NCBI RefSeq assembly: GCF_036321535.1
Contig: NC_087437.1
Coordinates: forward strand, 72,108,001 to 72,172,000
Source: Camelus dromedarius
Taxonomy: Eukaryota
Direction of reading: 5' to 3'
Length of the DNA: 64,000 nt
The notes below the pieces were generated by a model. That model did no database searches. It was given only the letters and a program-made list of their open reading frames with translations, and had not been told where the DNA came from. Both the position numbers and the translations under genes were made by a program. Shown piece after piece: positions 24,332-35,176 of this stretch; position 1 is the first letter of the stretch; each line of letters opens with the position of its first letter.

Positions 24332-24392
24332 ATGCATACATTGTAGAGGACTTCAACTTAGAGGTTACTGATCTTAATTATTGTAATATCTG
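24332..24392 (+). pseudogene. CD200R1L: CD200R1L-like exon 1 (signal peptide) with two nonsense codons
   Basis: From ATG 24332 it reads MHTL*RTST*RLLILIIVIS, then G|gtaagt (strong donor, phase 1). TAG codons at 24344-24346 and 24359-24361. Resembles recalled mouse activating CD200R leaders (MHALGR...) and human CD200R1L (RLLISIII). Confidence 0.82.
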
Positions 24393-25531
24393 GTAAGTCT
24401 GATTCTTTGACATTTTTAGCAAAAAGTAAAGCTATCTTTCAACAGTGATGAAGATGCTCTCGATCCATTCATAAGATGTTTTGTGATTTGTTCTAGTAGC
24501 AATGTTAAATTTGTGCATTTTCCAGCACAAATTTACTTAATCCCAGTGGTGCACTGACTAGTTGACCAGCTGAGTCCATAGTAATAAGGGGGCCCTGGAA
24601 TGGAGTGAAACTAAACTTCTGTGACTAGACAAACATGGTGTTCTCCTTCAGTTTTTTGGTTTGTACTTTTAGTGTGTCTCTTGAATTCTTAGTTTTGGGT
24701 GTTAATATTTAGAGATGTGTAATTTTCTCTCCTTTGATATTTCTAATATTTCCAGCCCTAAGGTTAAGAAGGAAACCCTACATTTCTATTTAAGGTTATA
24801 AAATTTTAAAATAGAGGCATGAAATTTATGGATACAATTTGTTTCAGAAAATAAAGATCAGGGAGCATAAGAATATATAAAATACAAATAATTAATCTAA
24901 GTCAATGATTTCAATCTCCCACCAGAACTCTTTATACGAACGGAATCTTATCCAAAAGTACAAGCAGGTAGAACAAATGAGTGAAGCGACTCTAATTAGA
25001 GCGTACTTGGGTAGCAATAAACAAACCTTTGAATACTTTCTGTCTTTTCTTGCAATGATCCAAATGGTATTTCACAATATTCTGAGGAACAGTGGATTCC
25101 ATACTTCCATACTCTAGTTAAAGGAGAAAAGAACCAGCTCTTAGGAGAAAGAAAGTGGGAATCTAGGGCCAGGAAAAGCTGAAAGGAATTGGAAGGGAGG
25201 AAGGAACATTTAGGATGAACTCAAGAGAAAGTGAGCAGCAGATTTTGACTCATGTAAAGTAATAGAGAAATATTTCAATGTGGCAGGAAATAGATGGCAG
25301 GGAATGGATGGCAAAAAAAAAAGTGCAGTTGAGGAGAGTTTAGTTAAATTTTCAGCATGTTTTTCCATGTAATGATGGAACAACTTCTAATTTCTGTTTT
25401 ACAAGGATTTTGGGGGTAATTTTAACTATGGTTAATTGCTTTTCTGTCATGTTGTGTGTGGGGAAATAATGCCTTCCACTCCATTTAAGTGCCTAAAATT
25501 GATTTCATTTACTTTTCATTATTTTCTATAG

Positions 25532-25588
25532 CTTCAATAATTAGTTCCTGTATGGACAGAAACCAGAGCACTCTAACATATCCAGAAG
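25532..25588 (+). pseudogene. CD200R1L: CD200R1L-like exon 2 (N-terminal linker)
   Basis: Bounded by ttttctatag and gtaaca. The 57-nt exon (phase 1 to 1) reads ASIISSCMDRNQSTLTYPE, compare recalled human ASSSLCMDEKQ and ASSSSCMGGKQ. Confidence 0.88.
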
Positions 25589-25804
25589 GTAACATGCTTG
25601 CTTTTCTTTTCTTTTTTTTGAGGCCAGTACTTAAGTACGGAAGGTTGAGCTTCCTTAAAAACATAGTTGAAGGTCTGGACCAAGTGCCAGCCTTGTGTGA
25701 AGTTGAAGAATGTGGTGATCTGAACGCTGTGGGATGAGGGAGCCTGAACCACCCACCTCTCCTCCCCTAAAGCAGTTTGATTCCATTGGAAGATTATGGA
25801 ACTT

Positions 25805-26430
25805 TCTCTGCCAGGCACTGTGCTGGGCTTTGTGGGGGACATACAGATGAGCAAGATGAGCAAGACTATCAGGGAGCGCAGTGATGTGCGGAACCCAGAC
25901 AGGAGCACGGCGATCACATAAGCAGGAGATCAGCACTCACATCAAGTGGACCAGGAGGGCAGCGAGGGAGCAGTTCAGCACCAAGGCTTAGGAAAGGCCT
26001 CACAGAGGATGCAGCCTGTGAACTGGGTCTTAAAGGAAGAGTGAATAGAAAAAGAGCATTGTGTAGGGTGCCCCAAAGAGTGAAAACAATGTGAGAAATG
26101 ACATGGAAATGGAAGTGGAAATGTGCTTGATATTTTTTTTTCCTGGAGTGTGAGGGCAATGTAGTAGGTGATAAGATTGCAAAGTGAGTCAATTTGAAAA
26201 AAGAAGGCTTTCAAAGCCAATAGGAAGACATTTAAACTTATTCTTCACCCAGTGAAAGATCTCTGAAGGGTTTTAGAGTTTAGAGAATCACAGCGTATTA
26301 CAGAATGGTGTACTGGCTGCAACATAAGGTATGAACTGAAAGGACAAGAACTTTGAGACAGTGACAGAAGTTAGGAGGCTTTTGCAGTAATCCTGGTGCA
26401 GGGCGACAGGGACTTAAACTAGGGTTTGGT
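25805..26430 (-). mobile_element. L2 fragment
   Basis: tgccaggcactgtgctggg; gttaggaggcttttgcagtaatcctgg. Confidence 0.6.
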
Positions 26431-27088
26431 TGTGAGATAAGAAAGGAAATCCCTCAAAGCCAACTGGAATTTGTCTGTGTGCTTAAGGTTAGATGAGACT
26501 GGAAGATATTTATAGACAAAGGATGGGGAAGAGATGGGATATGTCTGCCAGTGTGGGAGCAACGATGCCAATCTACCCGCTACCTTAGTGAAGTAAGAGG
26601 TGAAATGATCTGATCACAGGAGCGCATGGAGAATATATTTGTAGGCAGGTGTCAGACCCACTGAGTGTGAGGGCAGTACTGGCCATTGGTAAATTATCAC
26701 AACAGCTATGAACAAAGAAAGAAGAGAATGAAGAAAGGGTGAAATAATATCAATAACATTAGAACTATCATTATAGGTGAAGGGTGATTGACTAAAGGTC
26801 ATAGAGAGAAGGAAGGTGAAAGAACATAGAACATCTGCAGTGCTTGAAATCCTCACCATTGGAGTCACTTTTTTGGATACTGTGCTCCTGCTTAAATGCA
26901 TGTTTATTCGATTAGCTTGTACTTTCCTTAAAAACAAACAAAAAAACAGAGTCAGATCTTGAGGACAAATATTAGGCAAAACATTAATGCCTTTGACTGC
27001 CTATAAGCTCAAGTTCAAAATCCCAAGAACTGCAGAAAAGCATTCAACACTGAATCCCTCACCAGTCTCTTATCTTTCTGGTTTTATC

Positions 27089-27137
27089 TTCAGCATCTTT
27101 CCCTGATGCACATTCAGCATGTTTCCCTGATGCACAT
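27089..27137. repeat. 24-bp tandem duplication
   Basis: ttcagcat(c/g)tttccctgatgcaca occurs twice. Confidence 0.9.
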
Positions 27138-28639
27138 ATACTTCCTACACCCAACCTCTGGCAGTTCTCTAACAAGCCATGTGCCTGCCTGTGTCTAAGC
27201 CTTTGGCAAGTTGGAGGTTCCCTCTGTGAGGGGATGCCACTTGGAGTGGTGGAAAGAGCATGAATTTAACTGCCCTCTTAGATTTCCTTTGAAATCCTCC
27301 CTCTTTCTTTATCTAGTAATATGATCTTTATTGGGCTATAAAATGCAAATTGAATACATCACAGAGCAGGCAACAGAGCAGAGCAGAGATATTAAGTGAA
27401 AAGTTTAGAAAAAATAAGCTTCATCCATATAAAAATTTTGCCCCACCCCAGCTGGTTCTGTTCATGTTAATCTGATGAAATCACCGACACTCACCTTTGT
27501 ACAGGTAAGTTGCAACAAATACACCTAATCACCTCTCAGCAAACGCCTATCAATCAGGGACACGTGTCAGTTTATGGAAAAGAGCGAGCTTTTAAGTGGA
27601 AGATGCTTTCTATTCTTAATTTTTACTTTAAAATATGGAAAAATAGGTCAATGCTGTATTTAATCCTGATAATGATATTGAATGTATGGAAACAAAATCT
27701 GTGAGCAAAGTTCACAGCAAACTATGTGGGAGTACATATGTGACTGAATAGGAAGGAAAGGAAACTCATTCAAAGGTTGATAATATCACATTTGCAATAA
27801 AATCCTTTGAACAGAAAATGTATAGAGGAAAACACTTATTTTCCCTTTGTTTTATATTTATATACTATGTTACTTTTTTAACAGAAAAAATACATCTAAG
27901 CATCTCTTACCATTAGGCATCATCATTTTTTATTTCTGTGGGATGGTCCAACTAATGAAATTACGGATTGTTTTAAAATCTGTTGATGTCACAGACTTTG
28001 TAATTCTTCAAATAAAAATTAAACAAAAAGCCTTCCAGCTTGTTCAACCTGAATGCCATCTTAGTTATTTTTAATCAAAGTACTGTATCTTTCCACATTT
28101 ATATTTGTCTGAAAAGCCACCCTTATGGATAGGTATTTAGTTCTGATGTTACTGATTTTTTCACTTTCATCAAAACTTAGGAGGAGATAAACCACATCAT
28201 TAATTATTCTGTTTTCCCCCGTGAGGAGTATGAATTATATGATAAATCTAATAGTCCCTGTGGCCAAAAGAGTAGATTCAGAACACTGTCTTTTAATTTA
28301 GATTCCGTTTTCTCATCTGTTTGTTTCATAGATATCAAGATTCCTGAATTAATTTCATAATGCCTTAAAAAATTTGTCACACATATAATAAATGTTGTTT
28401 CTCTAATGATACATAATACAAGAGAAAGATGGTTAATCTTTGGATGGGTTTAATACTTTATATGTATTTCATGAATGTTAATTTCTTATATAATTCTAGT
28501 ATTTCTGGAATAAGATCATCAGGAAAGTAATGTTCTAGTACAACTTCATGGAATATGCTGTGAATAAGTTTTAACACATGAATTTCTTTATCAAGCTTTT
28601 CTCTTATAATTCTCTGTTTGTGTGTATGTGTGTGTCCAG

Positions 28640-28957
28640 TCAACACTACACGATCTGTACCAGTGGATACAAAGCCTGTGCTCTCTTGCCCTCCTGTGCT
28701 GTGTACAGCTGTGCTGTTAACAACGTGGGAAGTAGTCCTCAGAGACAAGCCCCCCTGCAACAGAGTCTACAGGGGTGATACAAATGAGACAAAGGGAAAC
28801 TGCACCGATGAGAGAATAATAACCTGGGGCTCCAGACCTGACAAGATTCCTGCCCTTCAGATTGACCCAGTGGCCATCACTCACGATGGGTATTACAAGT
28901 GTGAAATGGTAACACCTAATGGGAATTTCTATCATGGATATCACCTCCAAGTCTTAG
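28640..28957 (+). pseudogene. CD200R1L: CD200R1L-like Ig V-domain exon (frame intact)
   Basis: Bounded by gtccag and gtaaga. The 318-nt exon reads VNTTRSVPVDTKPVLSCPPVLCTAVLLTTWEVVLRDKPPCNRVYRGDTNETKGNCTDERIITWGSRPDKIPALQIDPVAITHDGYYKCEMVTPNGNFYHGYHLQVL, clearly CD200R domain 1. Confidence 0.95.
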
Positions 28958-29076
28958 GTAAGAAACACTATATATTGTGGTGTTTCAGATAACCAGATTT
29001 GGGACTGAAGCAAATCTCTCTCTAAATTTCACGTCCCATGTGTTAAGACTGAAGCATTTTCCCTACATTTCTGCAG

Positions 29077-29325
29077 TGCCCCCTGAGGTGACCCTGGTTC
29101 AAAGCAAGGATGGAACTGCAGTGTGCAAGGCAGCTGCAGGGAAGCCAGCTGCACAGATCTCCTGGACCCCAGAGAGGGCTTGTATCACTGTTCAAGAACC
29201 CTGGGGCAATGGCACAGTGACTGTCCAGAGTACCTGCCACTGGGAGGGCCACCATGTACAGAATGTGTCCTGCTCTGTCTCCCACTTGACTGGCAACAAG
29301 AGTCTGACCATACAGTTGAATCAAG
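29077..29325 (+). pseudogene. CD200R1L: CD200R1L-like Ig C2-domain exon (frame intact)
   Basis: Bounded by tttctgcag and gtaagc. The 249-nt exon reads VPPEVTLVQSKDGTAVCKAAAGKPAAQISWTPERACITVQEPWGNGTVTVQSTCHWEGHHVQNVSCSVSHLTGNKSLTIQLNQ, with four cysteines. The intron from the V exon is 119 nt. Confidence 0.95.
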
Positions 29326-29879
29326 GTAAGCACCTGTTTCTTTAGAGTAGGAACTTGATGCTCAGCCTTTCCTTCCCAGAATATTATGAATAACCAGCAG
29401 AAAGTAAGAAAACTTGTTCTCCTAATTTAAAGATATTCTCTAAAACTTACCTTGGTTAATCATTAGTATGCTAGAGAAATTATTTGTACTTCTCTATTAA
29501 ATAAAAGGAATTAATAACTTCTTACTATATTCTCTAAATGCCTTTATTCTCTCAGCTGTAAAAATATTATTTCCTAATTAGTGATTCAGACTTTTACTTA
29601 TTATTGGTATAAAATATTGATACATTATATAATTTAAAAATACTTCTTCAGTAATTAGCCAATAATAATAATTATTCCCATTGATTTTTTGTTTCTTGTA
29701 GTAGTCACCAGTTTATTTGCTACTCTGAGTAAGAGGCAAGTTTTCCTTCCTCCTCTACTTTGTCATCTGAAACTAATTCATCAATTCATTGCTTGGACAT
29801 TTACTGAGTATTATTATGTGTTTAAGGCTACAAAGTCCATGTCTTCATATTGTTCCAGGGAGTATTATTTGTTGATTAG

Positions 29880-30160
29880 GAGCAAAGCCTTTGGCAATAC
29901 ATGGCTTCTCATTAATCAGCTGTGTGACTTGGAACAATATTTAATTTCTCTGTCTCATGGTTTCTTTTTCAACTGAGATATAATTGATATGTAACATTAT
30001 GTTAGTTTCAGGTATAGAACATAATGATTTGATATTTGTACATATTGTGAACTGATTACCAAAATAGGTCTGGTTAATGTATCATGATTTCTTCATCTGT
30101 TAAATGGGATGATAGTACTCACTTCACAGAATTATTGTGTTAATTAAACAAGTCATATAT
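29880..30160 (+). mobile_element. MIR interrupted by a short antisense L1 3' tip (29967-30081)
   Basis: MIR core agctgtgtgacttggaacaatatttaatttctctg...cttcatctgttaaatgggatgatagtac. The insert is flanked by tcatg(g/a)tttctt at 29955-29966 and 30082-30093. Confidence 0.7.
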
Positions 30161-30179
30161 ATACTTAATATCTCTCACC

Positions 30180-30775
30180 AGGGTTTTTACAGTGTTCTTG
30201 TAACAGGTCTTCTGGTCTCTAGCTTACCTCCTTCCAGTTCCCTGTGGCCAGTGACTTCCAAAATGAACAACATGCTGCTCCCCTACTTAAATGTCCCTCA
30301 TGGCATCTCTTTGCCTCATGGAAAGCTAAACCCCTTTGACCTGCTGCTCTCCTTGTCTCATGTCTTGCTATTCTCCAGCCTGTACCCCATGCACGTGGGC
30401 CTCTTCGGGCTCCTCAAAAGGGTTATCCTCTTTTATTCCTCTCCTCTCTTTTACATGCAATTTCACCTCTTCATCGTCTATTTCTTTCCCCATACACTCT
30501 CCTTCCATTCCACTTGATCAATTCCTATTGCAGTTTTAAGCCTTAGTTTGATATAATTACCCGGGGATAATTTTCTCTCGCCATGTAGTTTGGTTAGCTG
30601 TTCCTTCTCTGTGCTCAAATAATGTCTCATGCATTCCTCTGACTGAGTACTTCCATAGCCCTACAGTTGACTGCCCACTTCTCTGACTCCCAGTACAGGG
30701 CAGGTTCCTTGAGAACAGGAACCACATCATTCATTTCTACATTCCCAGAGTCTGACACAATGCCTGACACACACA
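30180..30775 (+). mobile_element. L2 3' fragment
   Basis: gttccttgagaacaggaaccacatcattcatttctacattcccagagtctgacacaatgcctgacac. Confidence 0.55.
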
Positions 30776-31823
30776 AACAACTGCAGAACTAAGTTCAGAT
30801 CATCACAGACTTCATCTCTATATATCCCACTCTATGCTCCAAATATAATTAAAGTTGACTCATCTTTAAATCTTTGCTCAAATTGTTTCTTTCTCTTAAG
30901 AAGTCTTATTTTTCATCTCTTTACCTATTTAATCCTGTTACTGGCAGGGCTCAGTTCAAATCCCACTTTACTCTGACCTCCCAGTTAGAGTTGATTAAGC
31001 TTGCTTATTCCTTAGATGATTTACAATCTGCAATGTTCCCTTAGTTCTGTTTACTCTCTTGTAAGTTATCTTTTCATTTGTCTTGGTCTGCTTCTCCAAC
31101 TGGATTGTGACTTTTTTGAGGGCTGTGACGTGTCTTCTTTGTCTTTTTGACAGTGCCTAGGAGACTGTATGACATTCTTCTAGTTTAGTATCTAAGTAGG
31201 CTGTTTAGCAGGATGATAGGACCTTTTGAGCCAAGAGTCAGACTAGTGCTTAGAGTTCACCCAGTCTTTTGGCTGCTATTTTCATAGGAGAAAAGACTTC
31301 AGAATGATGTTCCTAATTAGTCCCATTATATCTTTGCAACAATTCTTGGGGCCATTTCACAGATGAATAAATGAAAGTAGGGAGACATAAAATACCCTAC
31401 TAAAGGGGTTATAGCAGCTCAGTGTCAGAACCACTTCAGTGTGGAAAGTATTATCAAATGGTGTGTAAAATATTAAGAATAACGCCCCCAAAGACTATCA
31501 TTTACACAGGAAATTAGAAAGTACATTTCCTTTTTTTCTTATAAAATTGGGAAGTTTCAGCAACGCTTACTGTGCATTTATTCATTCAGAAAATATTTAT
31601 TAAAAATCTACCATATACAAAAACACAGACACCATTCTTAAACTCTGTCATGAAAGAATGATACATTAGCAGCATTTGAATCTAGAAGGTGTTTTGATTA
31701 TGACAGTCTGTGAACTTTTAGGATTATTTTAAAAGGCTCTTTTAAACTATTGACTCTAATTTGTTCATTAGAAGAATTTCTGAAATGATTCTTCAACCCT
31801 GTCTGTGTTATCTATGTTTAAAG

Positions 31824-31947
31824 GTGCCAGAACCCTGGGATTTCCAGTGTCATACTTTCTGATCATTCTCTGTGTGAAATTCTCTTTTTTCCTGGTTATC
31901 CTGGTCATCCTGGGATTCATCTACTTCCAGAGAACCAATGATTGCAG
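31824..31947 (+). pseudogene. CD200R1L: CD200R1L-like stalk/transmembrane exon with an intramembrane lysine
   Basis: Bounded by tttaaag and gtagga. The 124-nt exon reads GARTLGFPVSYFLIILCVKFSFFLVILVILGFIYFQRTNDCR, with the Lys codon at 31877-31879. Matches recalled human CD200R1L LLIILYVKLSLFVVILVTTGFVFFQR. Confidence 0.92.
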
Positions 31948-32298
31948 GTAGGAAATAAAGACTGAAAAATATAGACTCACTAGAAAGAAAACAGCATTAT
32001 AAGACCTTGAGCTTACAATGTCCTGGGAAAAGCTTGACCCACCTTTTGGCACGTTTGTCTGTTCCTCAGTTCCTTCTTTGACATGAAAGCTTTGTTAACA
32101 ACTGAGAGCCTGGGCAGAGGTGCCTGCAGCACTGGGGAAGAGTGTCTGCTTCACCTGTCCTAGACTACCCTCTGCGAATTCTGTGGGGAAACCAAGTTTA
32201 ACTGGGATTCCTTAAGGTTTGCTCCCCCGTTTCTATGCTTCTGAAGGCTTGTATTAATTCCTGCTTAAATATATATATATATATTTTTTTTTTCCTAG

Positions 32299-32343
32299 AG
32301 CATGAAAATCAGAAAATCTGGAAGTCAATTTAGACTTAATGAG
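32299..32343 (+). pseudogene. Putative relic cytoplasmic exon 6 (1-nt deletion and a GT>AT donor)
   Basis: Strong acceptor (T-run then cctag). 45 nt ending GAG|atatc. Adding one base after AGCATG gives RA(C/W)KIRKSGSQFRLNE, parallel to the 46-nt CD200R1 exon RKCKLKKTEPTPVVEE. Confidence 0.5.
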
Positions 32344-32399
32344 ATATCACAAAAAAGCAGCCAGTTGAGATCAGCCTTCTGGTTCAACATCTAGCTCAA

Positions 32400-32428
32400 C
32401 TGCTCCTGCTCCTGCTCCTGCTCCTGCT
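32400..32428. repeat. (CTGCTC)n hexamer repeat
   Basis: Direct reading. Confidence 0.85.
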
Positions 32429-33279
32429 ATTTGAGATCTTTGTATTTAGAATCCATGTGATAGGTGTCATGCCTGTTTCAAACTCTCAGCATACAGACGT
32501 ATATACATACACACACACACACATGCAAAAGCTTGCCACCTGCCATCATAAATGCCTATGATGACTCATCCACTTTCCCCTTTGCCCTAGTGAGTCCTTA
32601 TTTACAAAGGAGAAACAACCCTGCTTCTCAGCCTAAAGAGGAAGATGGATCAGCAAAAGGCAAATAACAATGCTGTGCAGTTCTTCTACACCCCTTGAGT
32701 TCTTTGGATGGTGCTTTCATCCTACCTACTGTTTCCTCTACCCACTGGAGATGCTAATTAGTGTTGCATTGGCAGGAGTCACTATGCACTGCCTCCAAGT
32801 TAGCCCATAGCTGACCTCCCACCCCTTTCTCGATTGCTAGCAATCACTGAGGTAGTTGTATTGCATGTTTGGCCTGATCATTAAATAAATGGTCAGGAGT
32901 CATTTTTAGCAGTACCTACATTTTTGAAGAAATTATAAGTTGATCCCAAATAAGGAGATATTAGAGTCACTGGAGAGAGTGCTGAACGCTAGCTCACTTT
33001 TTAGAGCTCCAGTGTCTCAATTCTATTTCTTGTCTGCATTATACAGTGGATTAATGGTGGTAAGAGTAAGAGTGATTGGCGAAACCCTGACTCTTCTAGG
33101 GTCACTGTAAACTGGAATGCTATCTTCATGGATACTTATGGTAATCCTATAGTAAAAAGTGTCCTTTTATTTAAAGGAAAAATGTATTGTGTAAAGTGGC
33201 AGGTGATTTGGGCTATTACTTTTATTTTAAGCAAAACTTTATGAGAGAAAATGAATGCATATAATCTGGAGAATACTAA

Positions 33280-34895
33280 TATAAACAGGATAGTCTAATT
33301 GTTGAAACAAACAATCCCCAAATCTCAGTGTATTTATACCACAAAAGCTTAATTCTTGCTCACTTTACATTCCAATGCAGGTTGGTGGGGCTAAGGCAGG
33401 GGGCAAGAGGAGTTCTACTCTAAGCTAGTATTTTATCCTACGGCTCTGCCCTTCTCAGAGTATTCTCCACTCAGCTGGTATATGGGAAAGAAATAGGAAA
33501 AGAGAAAGAAGGAGAGAGAAGGAGGATTTTATGTGGGACTGTTTTATGAACCACGCCTGGAGTAGTAATCACTTCTGCTCACATTCCATTGGCTAGTACT
33601 TGTCACATGGCCACACTAACTTCTATGGAAGTTGAAAAATGTAGTGTAGCTGCCCTGGAAGAAATAGTCAGGTTTTGGATACATATATATCCATCTTTCT
33701 ACAGTAAATAATAGGACAAATGCTAAGATTAATACCTATTCATTAGTAAGTGACATGAGTCAAGAAATAAATTAGTAAATAATGTCACATATAACTTACA
33801 TAAACTCCTTTCTCTCTTTCTTTTTTTTAATCATAATTTCCTCATGTTTAAGACAGGGCATAAAATGGAAAAAAGTCTAGTACCACAATTCTATCATGGA
33901 CTCAAAAATACTATGGCACAGTTGCTAGTTACCTAGTTCAATGCTCATTTTCCCCTTTCTCCTTGTAGTAAATGACTGTATTCATGATTCTAAATTTTCA
34001 CCTCTCCCTCTATCCATGTAATTTGTCAATGACTTTAGAGTTCTTTCCATAAGGAGAGTGCATATTTCTCCCCCTCTCACCATGTAATTTGTGTTAGCCA
34101 ATCAAATGAGGCAGAAGTGGCAGTATACCGGTTTTGAGCCTGGGTCTCAAGAGGTCTCATATGTTTCTATTGCTACTCCATAAGAACATGCCTGAGCTAG
34201 TCTGCTGAAGGATGAGGGACATATAGGAAGTAGCTGAGTCACCCCAGTCTCCTCCCCCACTTCCCTGTTGAGGCCAGTCTAGACAGTCCAATCCAATGAT
34301 CATCAGCCATCTCCCAGACATGTGAGAAAGCTCAGTTAAGATCAGAAGAGCTGCCTACCTGACCTCTGTCACAGAGGTTTTTGTGGTTGTTTGTTACACA
34401 ACATTACCGTGGCATTAGGTTTCTGATACACTGTTTAATAATATAATTCCAACTTTATTTAGTGTGGGAACATACTTAGCTAAAAGACATTTCTCAGTTT
34501 CCCTTGCAACACAGTATGGCCACCCACAAAATTTTCAGAAATTAAGTGTAAGCACACATCTTGTGTGTTTTTAGGAAGGCTCTTTATGGATAAAGAAGAG
34601 CTCCTCTTCTGCTTTTCCTTCTTATCTCCTGGACTACAATATTGGTGTGATAACTAGAAGTCTAGCAGCCACCTTAGGTCACAGGTAACACTGAGGACTG
34701 AAGCCACTCACTGAGGTGGTAGAAAAGAAAGATTGAAGGATCCTGGGCCCCAATGACCATGAAGTTACCATTCCAAACTTAGACTACCTAGCTATAAACT
34801 TCTTTTGTGTGAAAGAGAATAAACTATTCTGTTTGTGGCACTGTTGTTTTGGGTTTTACTCTATATGCAGTTGAACTTAATCTGACTGATACAAA
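33280..34895. mobile_element. Cluster of old MaLR (MLT1-family) LTR relics
   Basis: acaatccccaaatctcagtg...cacattccattggctagtacttgtcacatggcc; gtttttgtggttgtttgttacacaacatta; atgcagttgaacttaatctgactgataca. Confidence 0.6.
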
Positions 34896-34941
34896 TACCT
34901 AGTTTGCCAATCACAAGGTTTGCTGCCAAGCCTGTAACATG

Positions 34942-35061
34942 AGTTATGCTCTATTCATGTGCATTTTCATGGTCTATTTTGTTCTTCCCCTAGAGATTAT
35001 TAAGCAAGTTATGTTCTACTGATGTGCATCATCATGGTCTACTTTCATTCTTCCCTTAGAG
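34942..35061 (+). repeat. Degenerate ~65-bp tandem duplication of a splice-acceptor region
   Basis: agttatgctctattcatgtgcattttcatggtctattttgttcttcccctagag (34942-34995) versus agttatgttctactgatgtgcatcatcatggtctactttcattcttcccttagag (35007-35061). Confidence 0.88.
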
Positions 35062-35176
35062 TAATGAAACAGATGTAACCTCAGAAGATAGTAATCACAG
35101 GTATTCCAGCCATCACTATGACAGTTCCAGAAGAATTGCTGGTTATGTAAACTTACAAGATGCTACGGCCTTGTGA
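35060..35176 (+). pseudogene. Putative terminal cytoplasmic exon 7 with three tyrosines
   Basis: After acceptor cattcttcccttag, the phase-0 frame reads SNETDVTSEDSNHRYSSHHYDSSRRIAGYVNLQDATAL, then TGA TAG. YDSSRRI resembles CD200R1 YDTTNRV. Confidence 0.5.

Larger units (their letters stand above)
24332..35176 (+). pseudogene. CD200R1L: CD200R1L-like (activating-type CD200 receptor) unprocessed probable pseudogene
   Basis: Five phase-compatible exons (signal, linker, IgV, IgC2, transmembrane with Lys) plus two putative relic cytoplasmic exons. Exon 1 has two in-frame TAG codons. It lies downstream of CD200R1 on the same strand, as recalled for human. Confidence 0.8.

Noticed and set aside
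25489..25737. 82-aa ORF as a standalone gene or an alternative leader for exon 2
   Set aside because: It begins at GTG inside the acceptor tract. Only 25532-25588 is homologous and the rest is intron.
28458..29333. Antisense and alternate-frame ORFs over the Ig exons
   Set aside because: Shadow frames of GC-richer coding exons.
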